A DNA stretch of 64,000 nt from Balanoglossus misakiensis (taxonomy: Eukaryota > Animalia > Hemichordata). Positions 1 through 15,900 of the stretch are shown here, in pieces. The stretch covers positions 14,635,129-14,699,128 of the forward strand of contig CM082576.2 of assembly GCA_040954595.2 (NCBI GenBank), written 5' to 3'. Position 1 is the stretch's first letter; each line of letters opens with the position of its first letter. The position numbers and the translations under genes are program-made. The notes below the pieces were generated by a model. The model ran no database searches. It saw only the letters and a program-made list of their open reading frames with translations, and was not told where the DNA came from.

Positions 1-940
1 TTTTCTTAGATGTCTGGCAGTACTTTTTGATGATGACTGGTCTCTTTTTAACAGCGTCTGAAAATTCATATTTCTAAAACATTACGCAAATTGGGTAAAC
101 CCGGAATTTGAATGCAAAACAGTACGAACACATCCACATGTTTGGAATCGGGAACATCCATAAAGATACGCATATTCCTATGTTCATGTCACCCACATGT
201 ATTTGTACTGCTAAATCATCCTATCCATAGGTCACTGCATTTAGTCTGTTTGTTACATTTTATTCAAGAGCTAAGGCATGATTTGCTCTATGCACACATT
301 CACATTCAGAACAGTGTTATCAGACATACATTGACATGGACATATACTGGGTTTGTGTTTGTTCACGCAAATCTTTCCCTTGGAGTTTGAAGTGGACTTA
401 GAGATACCTGACAAGTATATGCAACTCCTCTTTTGTTAAAGTGAAAAGAGACCTTTGATCATCACAATGCAACATTCTCATCATACTTTTTGGCTTTTCT
501 GTGACAATTTGAGGGAAAAAAAGCCTCAAGATGATTTTGAAAGTACTACTTGTGAGGTAACTATTGCTACATGTACAAAGAAAATGCCCCAATGCCATTT
601 CTATCTCTGTCATTTTTTTTTGTGTGTGAATTTGTTTGAAAGGAAGATGCCAGAGTTACAAATGCACAAACTGTTAAGAATAATTATTAATGATGAGCAC
701 AGTATTTCAACTTCCTTCACAACTGCCAAAAATCCTTGAATGTCAATCAGTGGTATGTGACATATCTGTCAGTATCTACAAATGTATTTTAAGTACGGTA
801 AACCTTTTTTTAAAGAGCAAATCTCTGCAAAACCCTTGTCCAATATAAGAGAACTATAGTCCAGCATTCTATTCAGTACAGAACATGGCCCCCTCTATCA
901 CAACACCCAACCATTCTATTTCATGATGTACATTCCTTAC

Positions 941-3900
941 CTTCAGGAAGTGACTGTATATAATCCACCATCATGGCTTGGACTTTTTCTCTGTACAAGT
1001 GAATGAGTTTGTTGTGGAATTCCGGTGTTTCATCGCTGCAGCTGAGAATGATGTGTTCCAGATATGGAATGGCCAGATCTTTAGTGCAAGAATTTGCTTC
1101 CAGGTACGCCAAGACTTTGTCTCTTGGCAGACTTTCCACTTCAGGGGTATCCTCTGTAAAGATCTGCCGTAAACAGACAGCAAGCAAATTTATTTCCTGT
1201 CTTATGACATCACTGAAATTACTGTTTTGCACATCTGTATGCTTGGTAACTTTGTATTTTATGCTGTTATTCACACTATTTCATGTACATGGTTCTTGTA
1301 GACTTGTCAAAACTGAACACATTTCATATATTTGTTAATATATATACGAAAAGTTTATTTCATCAATGATTTTATTTACAAGAATTTTCAGTAATAACTA
1401 AAAGAAACTGATCAGTACTAGAGCTTATAAACTTTAGAAACACTTTTTGTACTTGCGTTTGCATTAGAGTGAGAATTGAAGTGTGTATGATCAACCATCT
1501 ACAATGGATAATAAACAAAATCACACATTTCTGAAACTACAATATCTGTGTGGAATACAGCCATGAGCTAAACAGTTTAAGCTTGTGCTATTTCTCATCT
1601 GACAGTCTGACAGGTCCATTTGGAGATTATTTCATACTCTGACATGAAACCATGGAGACAACAATGTTAGAGGTCAAAGGTTGACACGAATGGGATAGTG
1701 TTGTGAGTGAGTGGAAGCAAGCAACACTCTATTGAAAGTTATTTGCTTTAAGCTGTAGCTGGTATTTTGAATGTAAAATAAAAAGGCATGTTTTCGTAAG
1801 ATTAAATCAAAGCAGAGACAACATCACAATTTCAGACGAAAGCAAAAGACAAGAACAAATACAGCAACTCAGTCACTGCGACAACTTACTTTATACTTAG
1901 TATGAATATTCCAAATTTGATTCATCTTACCTTGAGCCCATCTTCAGGATATGCCTTGAGTACCCACAATGCAAAGTCTGATATCAGGTCAAAGTGATCC
2001 TCTCCTAAATGTTGTAAATACTGAACAGTTCTGTCGTGTCCTTTCAATGGACTGTTTGGTTTCTGCGACTGTCGCAACAACATGTCCAGAGCTGGAATGC
2101 AACAACATACATTGTACTGATCAAAAACAGGCAATTATGTCATAAGAATTAGTGGATTTATTTCCATAATATTCATCATCTTTCTACGTACAACACACCC
2201 AGTAGATTGATTGCTTGATAGATGTGTTTGTTTGTTCATTCATTCATTCTTTCTTTTGTTCATTCATTCGTTCATTTAGTCATTTGTTTGTTCGTTCATT
2301 CATTCATTCATTCATTCTTTCTTTTGTTTATTCATTCGTTCATTTGTTCATTCGTTTGTTCGTTCATTCATTCATTCATTTGTTTGTTCATTCATACTTA
2401 TGTCATTTTTGTGCTCAACGATTCAGCTGTACTCTCTCGTCACAAACACAGCAGTGCACAAGATATGATACACATTGGAATGCTTGTCAGTTCAATATTT
2501 TAGAGTAAAATCCAAGACTTCGGGCCTGAAAGTTCTGATTTGACTGCTTACTTTTGTTGGGAGGGTACTTTTAAGTTCATTATTATTAAAGCAAATGCCC
2601 AATACAAATCTGACGCACATTTCAACCATGGAAATGTGCATCAGATGCATACAGGATGCTTGTGGCAATTCTTGATAGTAGCAAATTTCATTAACAACTG
2701 ACAGTCTATAAAATACTGTGCATTCCTACCTTTTCTGTGAAGACCTTTCTTCTGGTAGAGAATGATCAGTTCACTGTACTTCTGATGTTTCTTCAGAATT
2801 CTTTCGCTCTCTTCAATATGACAACTGTTGTCTTTCAATCGGAGTAATGGTGCCACCAGTGCATCATTTGTCTGAAAATAAACACAAACACAACAATCTC
2901 AGATTTGAATTCCACATTTATGAATAGCCAGTACACGTTTAACATATAATTTTCAAAAACTTTTTAGGATACTATCTGTCAGCAAATAGAACATTTGGTA
3001 GCATGCAATATGTGCAATATGTGTAGATCGAACAATTCCAAATTTGACTGTTTTATTTCGATAAACATCCGTTTTTGCCAATTTTACATTTGGTTTGTGC
3101 ACAATTTGATAGGGGATATAGCAACCATCAAACCCCACATTGTGAGTTCAATATTGATTTTACAAAGTGGTTATGCCACACACTTTCATACTAAATTATG
3201 TCACTTGATTACCAAATCATTTTAATCATGGTGATTGGACACTGATTAGAAAACTTTGAAATTAATTCTTCACCATTATAAAACATTTAATTTAAAATTG
3301 ACTTTCTGAAATCACTTAAAACTCTGAAAAGATTATTGAACATAGTGAGACCTGTCTATTAAGGACACCCTTGGGAACAAACAGAGTCCTTCGTAGAGAG
3401 ATCATGATGTCCTTAATAGAATGTTACAATTCCATTTAAATTATAACTTTGAGCTTTGGACATGTGTTCTGATCAAAAAGTTGTTCATAAGCACAGGTTT
3501 CATTGAACTAATGCAACATTGAATACCAGCAAATTTGATGCGCAAAATTAAAAATAAAACCAGCACCTGCCACATTAACAGATGACCACATCCTTGAACC
3601 AGGTTTTGCACCATGACAAACGATTAGTACGCAATAAACAAGATGGTAATTGTTAATTCAGAAATAGAAATATACACTGACCTGTAAATAACATTTAAGT
3701 AGCGTTGTGTCAATAATCTGACTGAGTTGTTTCTTGGATTTGATAGTTGCACTGCCCTCAACAATGGCCGTGGGATTCCCCAGTTCTTGGCTCATGTGCT
3801 TGACGGTATCATTGCGCTTCTGGGTGAGGTATTCGATCAGAGCAAGCAGTCCTTTCTCTAATTCGGAACCGTTTAGCTCCGGTGGTTGTTGGGGATACTC

Positions 3901-6900
3901 CAGCTGGTTTCGAAATTCTTGAGGAAGGAGATCCGGGAACAGACCGATAACTTGTGCTGGATCTACAATGTGAACAAAAAAGAAAGAAAAAAAACTCTAA
4001 GTGACTTTGTCCTTGCTGGACTTACTGAAAAACTTATTCATATCAGCAAAATGTTACATTGTTACAGACGTACTTCCCTGAAAAGTATTTGGCAGCTTGT
4101 TATTAATTTTGCTGTTCACATTCAGTGTTGGTTAACACCATTCTGGTCAAATCATGAAGGCCAGGTTAACCATTGAAGAAAGACACGACCAACATCTTCT
4201 AGATCTTATCATAATGAATATTCATAAAGTCCATTTGAATTCATTATCTCATGAATTCACTACAACATCTGCATACTATATCTCAACTTTCCACTGTCAT
4301 TCACTGAAACTTTGCACCTCATTGAATTCACAGCTACACAGCCAAAAATATTTTGCACCTGTGACAGGCCCTGACACAACCTTGTGGTGCAAGTCTGTTT
4401 CAGTATTAAGACAACACATGGCTGAAAACATATGGGCAGATATATAAGTCTATATCTATTGTTGTAAGGACATGGCTGTATACAGTGCTGCTATGGACAG
4501 TGTCGTGAGCGAGTCTGAAATTTCTGCCTGTTCCAGCACCTATATCTACAGGACCTATTAATCCAATACTGTGAACCCATTCCTGGGGTTGAGTCAACAT
4601 TCTGCTTTGCGTGTCTGACTACCCTTGCCCACTTACTTACCTGTTCCTAATTTGGCAAATATCTGCATGGATTCTTCGAATCGGTGTTGTGAAAACAGAT
4701 CAAATGCATGTAAATTCTGTATGTGTTGAATGTTGGTCTGTTTGTCTACCTCAGCTTCATCTGTCATATCCTAGACAACAAAATATGAACATGGGTTAAC
4801 TTCATCATTCACTGTTTTCACCATAGAACACAGACTGCATGCTTGGTTTTCACATTCTTACGTAGAAAATTTTAATTCCACTCTGATGAAAACATCGCAG
4901 TGCAAATTATTCACAGAAAGAGGTGAAAGTGGACTTTTTGAAGAGCTATTTCCTCACTTTGTAAGGTGGAAAATTATGATGGAAGTACATGTAGTAATTC
5001 TGGCAAGAGTTGGTATTTGTTTTAAATAGACAGAAAAAGATTATCAAAGGGTTGGAACATGTCTGACAGACTGCTTCTTGGTCCACAGAGATAGTAAAAT
5101 GATTTTAATTTTTGAAATAACGGTAAATAAGTGAATAGGTTAGAAAATATTATCATGAAATATCTAGATCAGCCTACAGGTACATCATGTGAAAAGAACA
5201 GATATACAGCATACAGACAATGATATTGTTACATAATCAAAAGAATGAAAAAAATATGAACCCAAAATTTTCAAATATTTCATTAGATTGAAATTCTGTT
5301 CTATTTATATGACTTCATTTCTCTAGTACAAGTATGGTAGAAAGTAGCATCCTATACCAGACTATCAACATGTCCAAATATACTGACAAACTACAAATAA
5401 CATTTGATTTTTTTATTACATTTATTCTCATTTTTCTGATTTCTTCATCATTATCTTTTCCAGAGAACAAGCACATTAAATATTCTTTTCAATTTTTATT
5501 TTATATTTGTATTTCAGTCTAGTCGATCCATTAATCATATCTGCTGTGAATCCAGAATGCATGGCAAGCCAATATACTGAGCACAATTAGTTTATTTTTA
5601 AATCACCATCTAATTATACATGGTAGGTACTATCACATGACTAGTGGTTGTCTCTAATGCACTATCAATTGACTATTCCCAGGGTATTAGAAACTGATGC
5701 CTTTGGATGCCTGTTTATAATATTGCACAAAAATAACAATGACTTCACATCCAATGACTCAGGTGGCAAGAATAAAGTTACACAACTGGCCATGACATCG
5801 CTCATCTCTGAGGTCATTTTATTGTTTGGAGGTCACTCTGTGTACATCTATCCAGCTTAAACTGATGTATGTTATATGTCATTTAATGCTACTAGGCCGA
5901 CACCTGGCTTCGGCTTGCCAGGCTTATAAAAATATTATACCATTAAATAACACCACAGCTCATATTTCATTTATTACAATAGATTGCAAAATCCAATGTC
6001 ATTATCTCTTGCTAAAGGCCGGACTGTATCCAGACCTATTTATCATCTACATGCTAAACAGGTTGCAGACCCTAATTAATTATTCAGCAGTTAATTAAGA
6101 CATAAGTAGCTCACGTGTTGTATCAGTAATCATCTATTTCAGATGAGACTGTAAAAGGCAATTAATACACGATTGACATCATCAGCATAAGTGATACTAG
6201 AAAGAACGCCAACCCTATTAACCAAAGAGCTACACTATATTACCACAGCAGCAGATGCAAGGGTTGTTGCAGTCACGTTACACAGAATGAATGCATGCAC
6301 TTCATAAATTAACAGTGTAATAGTATAGGAATTGGTTTCTTTTTTTAAATACCAAAACAAGCTATTTTTTCTGAAAATTTTAATATCAATGTGATTTTCA
6401 TTCATTTTGTTCAGGGTGTTATAATCCTCTCTTTTACAGGACTGTGAGGGCAGGCTTTATCACATCTCATGAAATCACTTTCTTTATAAAGGCAGAATAT
6501 CTCTTTTAAACGAGTTTCATCAGCACTGCTAAGATTTCTATAAGCTGTGACTATTATTATGGTTGGGTGTCCCACTACCAGTGAGCTGATGAGCTGGCAG
6601 TCTACAGTGTTTTTGTTAGGGGCGGTACCCAGGTAAATGTTACCGGGGTTCCCTAGTCATTTACCAGTGTTCCTTAGCTTTAGCAAAAACACTGGCCGAC
6701 ATAGTACCCATTCAATGTGTTATTTTCGTCATCTCACCACAATATAGTGTCAGAATCATAGAAATGACAAAACCACAGTAAATTTAGTCTTTCTTTCCAG
6801 ATTTCATATGAAGTAAATAACCATTAATGTGAGCATCAAATATTTTATGGTGGATGGTCCTTGCAATTGGATTCTGGTCATCAAATGTTGCTTTGTATAC

Positions 6901-9900
6901 CAGCCCTGCAATTTTGCTAAGAAGGGAAATTAAACGCCCCTATTAATTAGCTAATATCCAATTACCTAATATCCAGCTAAAAGTGAATAACACATTTTCT
7001 ACTTTTCAAAAGAAATCAAGCAGATGCATGCTTGACTATGTTCATAACATATTAATCGGAATGATAATTAAATTCTTGTCTAAAATTATCTCCCAAAATG
7101 ATTGCATAACAAAATACATTCATGTTCCAGGATACTGTATATCAATGGCTGGACAGTTTATACTCCCCAGAATTTGAACATTAACTTGTTGGAATTCAAC
7201 ATCACATGAACTGCTTAGGAAATACTATGTATCTGAATGGACCTTACTTAAAATTTCTCCTTCTATTTTGCAAATATGTGGACCATGCTCGAATCTGTGT
7301 AAACTGGCAAAAACTTACCGCCAGATGCAATGCCAATTCAAACTGTTTATCTTGCAGCAATCCTCTGATCTGCAATTCAATCGGGACAGGAACCAACCTC
7401 CACACAAAATGACTGGATGCAATGTAAACATGGCCACTGAAATAAAATAAAAAATAGCTCACATTCATACTGATGTTCTATTTCAGGAAATCCACTTTCT
7501 CATAGCTATTACTACAGTACAACATCTGACATGTCATCAGAATTGGACTTTTATCCAGATCCTATAATGAAAACTAACTTTTCTCATTTATATAACGCTA
7601 AAAGATCATTGTAACTGTGGCAGTTTGACTGTGTACAAGACACATCAGCAAAAATGGAACTACATCACACATCATGGCAAAGAATTTAGTCAATTTTGCC
7701 ATATTACCATCTACATTTAAAGCTCCAATAACTCCAACTTTGGCCTTTCTTCTTAGTATTTGGGTTGAACTGTGGTTTCTTATTTTACTCTGCACAACAT
7801 AAAGAATTTCCCAGTAAATATACTTTGCTTTTTCAACACAGCCTCCATCACACTGTAGAAAACTGACTCATTCTCCAAGCAAGTCCTCTTGGTATGTGCA
7901 ACTGTGTTTATAAAGCCAGTAGTTGTGTTTCAAGAAGAAAGAAATGACCTCTGACCTTCCCCTTGTGATGAACCTTGGCCTCTGCAGGTCTATACTCTGT
8001 ACAAGTAGTCTGGGTTCTATGGTGCGAATTTCGACGTATTTTGGCAGTACTGCTATCATGTATGGAGCATCATATTCTGCAAACAATGAGACATCAACCA
8101 ACATTTGTCAGACCAATATATTTTTGTAGATTTGGATAATAACATGGATATCAGGCACAGGCAATTATGAAGTTAACTTCTATCAATTTTCCTGAAATCT
8201 TTCACCACCATGGTTCAGTCCAAACCCATTGTTTTCTATGGCAAGGTTGGACCTCTATAGACGGAACTGGGGGTGAAAGGGTTAAAAGTTTCTAAAAGAT
8301 TGGGGTACACAACAAACCAAGTTGCATGAAGAATGTTTAGAATTTGTGTTATATATTACATGTATATTTACACATTTAATTTTTCTCTCAATATTTTTCA
8401 TTGAAAGTTTCAATTTTCACACATAATTTACATTCTACCATTATTGTTGACACTTACAATTGATAATTTCAAATTATTTTTTTTTATTTGACAGCTCTTG
8501 AAAATAGAGGAATTGCCTGATGGAATTTTTTACTGAGGTTAACTTCAATAGACGTTTTTTTTTAAAACATGAAATGATGGTAAATTGAACTGTTGTCAGG
8601 AATATTATAAGTGATGTCCAAATCACAGCTCAGTTTTCCATCAGTCACATTTCACTCTAACATTGTTTGACATCCAAATTCCATGTACATGAGCTCAGGT
8701 GTACAGTTTGAAGAAACCAATTTGACTGCTCGTGATCTGATGCAGATTTTTATGGCTGGCTGTTTCATTATTAGGCTGGGATTGAATGATTAATAAATCA
8801 TTTTTGGTTTCACATGACCGGCAAATCTATAAATAGCCGAGGTGGACAGAGTACACGTGCCATAAAACACACAATTCCTGTAGGCTCTGGTTGATCGCAA
8901 TATTAATGGTTCTTGTGTTGCATATAAGGACAAATTACACATTAAACTGATGGTGATTATCCATGGAAAATCAAATCTCTCCACCCTATAAATCATCAAA
9001 CTTGGAATAATCCATTCTTATTCAATGCTGGGTCATTCCATCTGATTCAAATAATAGGCAGGAAGGATGGAATACTCACCAATAACAATCGGAATATCAT
9101 TCCATGTCAATGCATATTTCTGAGTAGGTTGGCCCTCGGAGTCTATGAATATACTCATTTCATCCCGACCGAGGGCCAGTCTGTCCTCTGCTAGTCTAGT
9201 CACTGTTGGTTCTAGTTGCTTTCCTGTTGGAAACAGTTCCTTCAGCTGACCAGAAAGCTACACAAATGAAATCAATGATAAAATTCAAGGTGATATGCAA
9301 AATATTACCAAACACATTGATGCTATTTTCCTATTCAACCAGTGAAAATATTATCAAGATATTTTACAAGTAGACTTGTTGATTTGATTATATTGGTAAA
9401 AATAGGCCATTTGGGAGGAATTTTCCGCTAAAAGAATAGCATTTGGGTAGACATTTAAATTAAAGAGAAAAGACAATTTTTAAATACTGGTCAAAGACTT
9501 CTAAAGATGGGGAGATAAACATATGAAATAGATCAAAAGTTTGAGACTATAAAAACACAAGGAAAAATTCACTGCACACAACTTGAAGTATATTTCACCA
9601 AGTACACGACTTACTTTGATTAAGAAGTAATCTCTTTTAAATCCTACACAGAGTGAGTCTCCACACCAGGACATGGCTTTTGGAACATCAGGTACACCCA
9701 AGTCAGCCTGAAAAAAAGAGTATTTAAACATGAGATATTCTTGTGTCACCACCACTTACACCCAAGTGATGGACCCACACAAAATAGAGGCCTGGAAAAC
9801 ATTTTTAAGTATCAAGTAATGACTTGTTGAATTTGGACAAAAAATATATAGTCACAATCTTCTCTGGAAATTGAAATAAAATTACAGGTGTAAACATTTG

Positions 9901-12900
9901 TATCAAAAAATATTGAACACAGGAATCATTGTCAGTATTAGAAATCTTATGAAGATTGACATTTTCAAAATTGTCTCACATTTATACAGACATTAAATTT
10001 GTGGGTTTCAGTTTGATTTCTTCACATATTGCTGATGAGGGCGCTGTTCACATTCACTGCATTGCATGAAAGACCATGAGACAAAATGCAAAATAGCTGC
10101 ATCTTTTTTTTGCTTTGAATCAATCGTCTTTTAAACATATGTTACCTCATGCTATTTATGTAATCAGACATTTTCATCCCAGAATTTAGATTCATAAAAG
10201 ACACATACATTGTACCAAAAAAAAAATGAGGAAATGATATCTGGTGCAATATCCTACAGACTTTAGGCTGCATTCACAAACACCTCTGGAGGGGGGGGCG
10301 GGAGAATTCAATTTTTTTTACCGCTAATTTTCACATGCCCCCCTTCCGAACTGCCAATATTTTCAAATCCCCCCCTTCCGAACTGCCAAAATTTTGAAAT
10401 CCCCCCCCCATTTTCTTTCACAGAGCAAAACACATCACCTATCTATCTTGTAAAAAGAAAAACAGCGCTCCCATGAAAAGAATTTGAAACTGATGTTTCC
10501 CCTCATCAGTGGGTATTAAAACTGAACATTGTTTTTATTTTTTAAGTAGATATATTTGTATTCTGTGTTGGGAGACATTGTAAACCGAGAATTGAAGGGG
10601 GTGGGTTTGGGAGGGGGTGTCCCCCTCCCACGTAAGAAAATTTTCTAAAATACAGAGCTCAAAGCTGCATTTTAATGAACCCGGCAAAAGCAAATTAACT
10701 CAACTACCGGTATGTTGGGGAGGACAAATTTAACCGTCGCCGCTCAAAGTTATCATGGGGTGGGGCAAGTCCCCTGACCTGGGACACTAGATAAACCAGT
10801 CAATGATTGAAAGGTGTTGATGAATGGAGGGGGTGGGTGTGGGAGGGGGTGTCCCCCTCCCACATTAGAAAATTTTGTAAAATAAAGGGCGCGAAACTGC
10901 ATTTTTGTGGACTCAAAATAAATATTTAGTCGTTAAAATTTTTCAAGTCCCCCCCTTTCAGTCCCTAAATTATTTCAAATCCCCCCCTTACATACCCTCA
11001 ATTTTTTCAAATCCCCCCCCTCAATTCTCCCGCCCCCCCCTCCAGAGGTGTTTGTGAATGCAGCCTTATGTATGGCTAAAGAGTATTTGTCAATAACATA
11101 TACATGTATTCAGCAGCACCCCAGCTGACAATATCCATTTCATATACACACAGATGTCGATAGAAAGTGTGACCATTTGGTATGGTAGTTTTAGTACACA
11201 AAGACTTTGAGCTCAGAAGTTAACAAGACAGCCAAAACAAAAATAAAATATCTACATGGTTTGTTATTTAATGATGCATGGACTTGATATTTTTAACCTT
11301 GCTTTAACACCCACAGAAATCTATTGATAAACACAGTCCTGTAACCTCCAGTGACCTTTGTCCAGGAGGTTAACGTGCTGCCATTGAAATACTGCTGTTG
11401 CATCGGAGGTCACAAGTTATTGCTGCGCCCTCTATGGTGTGTCTCCTTGTTTGGTATTACATAAATATATCCATGTTTAGAGAAACCCACTCAATCATTC
11501 TTAAAATAGTTAATTTGCCTGAAATGGTTAGTTATGAAATCACACCTACAAGTCATTACCCACTAGTTGCAAAGATAATCAATCTTTCATGTCAATTCAA
11601 TCAGTCATTATCGAGATATGGTACATGTATGTACATGTATAATCATGTAAATGTTGCTAACAGTTTCATTTTCCAAAGAAGCTGATAATGTAAACCCCAC
11701 CCACAAATCCAATCAGGTCTACACATTCTGAAACAGATATTTCCAACCAAATCCGATTTTAATCTGATCGGTTGTTCTCGAGATATTGTGTCAACAAACA
11801 CACAAACAAATAGACAGACATTTATATGACATTAGCTCCCATACGCGGATATGAAAGTTGATAAAATCTGTCATTATGAGTCATCCAGTTTAACTTTTGG
11901 GACAGGTAATAGTTTTGCCTTACCTGAACTTCATGGAAATCTCTGTTCTTCCAGTAGAATATCTGTAATTTTCTTTTGACAGCAACACACATTCTCAAAT
12001 TGTTTGAACACAAGGATTTCTGCTTCTGCAAAATAATAGAATAATTAGATGCTTTTGATTGACAAGAGGCTTCAGAGATCAGATTTTTATCTATTTTACA
12101 TTTTCCTGCCAACAATTAAATAATGGAAGTATTCATATGTAATGTCCACATACAGGGTGTTAATTTGGCTGAGATAACTATTGGTTGAATATATTTCAAA
12201 AATATGCTGTTAATAAAGGTATACAGTCACCTCCAATTTACATACGCCCATATATGGCTGAAATGACATATTTGAGCGTTATAAAGAACATGTGGTGGCG
12301 CTTTTTTTTCATGTGTGCCACCAAATAAAAATCTAATCTGTGATTGGCTACATCTCAATTTGCCATGGTAACTACAGCTAATTTTCCATGGGTGACCGTA
12401 TACCTTTAATTAAAAGGAAATAAACAAACCAATATACGTGTAATGTCAAAATTGGGTGACTTTATCCTTTTCATGATATCACTACAGGAATGGTTCAGTG
12501 GTTTTGTTACCAAGGTTCCCAAATCATTTTAACCGCACTTCCTCATGACAAATCAAGGCTGTCATATTAATCATTAGCAGAGGTATTATCTGGGTTTACA
12601 AATTATTTACATATCTTCTCCAACCTTAGCGAAACAAAATGTGGGTTCAGACATGGAGATACTGAACATTTCAGTGGACACTGTGTGCGTAGTGAATGCA
12701 TCAGTTGCATCACCTATATCAATCACTTTTGGTTAATTCAGAATTAGACACTAGAATTATATATTTTGTATGTGCATAATTAATGTAATGTGTGTGGTAA
12801 AACACGTGCTACAGTAAAACAAAGTAACATCATCGATGACATAGACCCCACTGGATTATCTTTAAGAATAGAAGATGATTGGAGGAAATCATGGCGGAAT

Positions 12901-15900
12901 AAAATCAGTCATGTCATGACTGTAGTGGTAGTACATTGGATCATATCACAAAACAAATACATGACATGCATTTAATAGTGTCCTTCCGGTGATGGCAAGA
13001 AGGGTCCATTAACTCATTTCAATCTGCTGATTATCTTGCGTGTTCAAAGTCTTTTACACAAGCAGACAAGTATCTGTGACTAGGATGTGCTGAGTTGTTA
13101 AAGACAGATTGTTTATTCTTACCTGAAGATCAATAGCAAAGAGTGTTGCTCCTCTGGTTTTGGAGATCGTTGTGATCATTGAATAGCCTGTCAAGTCATG
13201 TACACTGATTACATTATCTGAAAATTGAATGGAATATTTGATAGACTTATGTTCATTGTACTTAACATTAATATCATGCATATTATCAACAAATTTCACC
13301 TGAGAAACAACAGAAAACCCAACTTTCAAAGATTTCACAAAGTTCAGGATCAATCAATGCTTTACATACAACTGACCAAAGTCAAATATACTTCAGTGTG
13401 TTTCATTGTACTCAATACATTAAAATGTACTGTAACCCTTACATTGTGCTCACTGCTGTATTTGGTACTCAGGGTTTACAGTGTGAAGTCTGAGTAACAT
13501 CATGCACCCAAGTGATATGACCATACTTTGGTGATGAGCGCACAATACAGGATTTATGAGATTTCTGGTAAGGATGTCATTTGCTCTTTGTGCACACAAT
13601 CCCAAATTTAGCTGATGCAGAATGGTAGTGGTGTAGGCATACTGTGTCAACACACTTAAAGGGACTAAGTCTCTCTCTCGCTGCCCTTTTTCCATTAATT
13701 ATGTTTGATACAAGACACCATTTATGTTATTCTACATGTGGATATATAGTGAATCAACGTTCAACCACACACACCTTTCATCCCACTTGTATACACGAGA
13801 GTGAAAAATCTCACCAAAATGAATAATCGGCCTCTACCATTTATTCCTTTTGGGTGAGTTTTTACTCTCATATCCTACAAACAGGATGGAAGTTGTGTCT
13901 GGCAGAATAACATTATATGGTGTCTTGTATCAAACATAATTATTGGAAAAAGCGCAGCGAGAGAGAGACTTTGTCCCTTTAATAGATCACTAGAGATAAT
14001 TACCGTTAAAGTCATTTTATAAGACGCGTCTTTTTTGAGTGACAGTGTGTGCCGAAAAGGGGGTGCGACTTATAATACCAATGTTCTGTTGTATTCATTT
14101 CCTTAAAATCTCCTCCCAAACAAGTCTTTCAAAGAAGGGGTGCGACTTATAATACCGCTGACTTATAATATGACTTTAACAGGTACACATACATACCTGA
14201 CAGGGAAATTAATATTTGGAATTCGGGTACACAAGCCAGTTGTTGAATTGGTCTCTTGGCAAATGACTTGTTAGACCTCAGTAAGTTCACCGCAAATCTC
14301 TCGCCACCTAATAAAAGGGGTAAAACATAATTTGACATTATTCTGATTATACTTTTATGCAATGTAGTACACAAATAATTTGCAAAATTGATGGTATTTT
14401 GTCTGAGTTTGAGTGTGAAGTTCAAATGTCAATTGTTATCTATCACTATCAGCTGATAGTCCCTGTGATGATTATAAAAAGAGTATGTGCATATAAAACA
14501 TCATATGAACATACCTGTTGAGGATTTGATACTGTACACAAGAAGATGACCCTGCTTTGTCCCCACAAGCAATACATCTCCTGAAAAAATAATGTAACCA
14601 TTCATTCAATAAATACTAGTAATAGTATGTGAAATTCACTTAACTACTGAACATTACCAAACACTGTCACAGACTCTCATAGAAATACTTTGCTGTAAGA
14701 TTTTGATTATTGTAACATGTCTGTGGTCTTTCACTTGAAGACCACCTGCTGCAGTTTGATGTGTTCACATCAGCTACACCTACATACAAGTCTAGTCTGT
14801 GTGTTCCCGGCATTTACACAGCCTTCATCCTGCTGGGAAAACACAGACCTGTATGTATTGCAGGGCTAAGCTGTGTCATTTCTGTGGTATGTACATTGTA
14901 CATTACATCAGTGTAAGTTTTGATACATTAAATAAACGGAGTGTCTATTGACAGGCGCCTGTCAATAGCCAGTGCGTGTCGGATCGGCTATTGACAGGCG
15001 GGGACTTTATTCTCAAATTATTGCCGATTTTTTTAAAACCAAAGCACATTTCACACAGTCCATTAAATGATTCGTCGTTTCTTCACCGAAAATGAGATGA
15101 AACGAAGTTCAAAATTCTGAAAGTCAAAATAGTTCTACCCTGCCGATTCTAAGCTTATCTCCTGACACACAGGGATTCCCTCCATTACTGCAGACTTTTG
15201 TAAAGCAATGCACATTTCACATTTTCCATCGGAGGACTTATCTTTTCCGCCGAAAATGTACCAGTAGATGAAAGGAAGTGCAAATTTCTGAAATATTTCT
15301 GAGCAACCTCGCTAGCCACATACGATTGTTTTACCGTTCATGTATACTATGATGTACTACGCGGCCACTGCACACTGACTTGACACAATCACCGCGACGC
15401 TGACCTCAACAGTGCGGACATTGACACACTGTAAAATATTTCAAGTTTGAACTGAGATTTGTTTCATGATGAACGAATTCATTGCTTATTGTGCAATGGT
15501 ACGGGGAAATACGTTACAACACAGCCTTAAACCGTGGCGTGACAACTTAGTCTCTAAACGCATACCCCAGTACAAGATGTGTAATGACAGCCGCCTGTCA
15601 ATAGCCGGTACTACACGCACTGGCTATTGACAGGCGCCTGTCAATAGCCTCGGCCTTAATTAAAACACAGTCAATCCACACTGGAGTGACTGTGATTAAA
15701 AGCAGGTGTTGTCAATTTTAAATGCATCAATTTTGATGCTACTCATCACTCAGTCTTTGACACTAGTGCAACAGTTCAGTCCTACCAGAAACCTAGCTGC
15801 AATGATTGATATTGTACGCAGCACTGCACGTTACAAATACAATCCTTGAAGCCAACCATATAGGGTTCATGTAAATTAGACGGTCAAAGGGTGCTCACTT

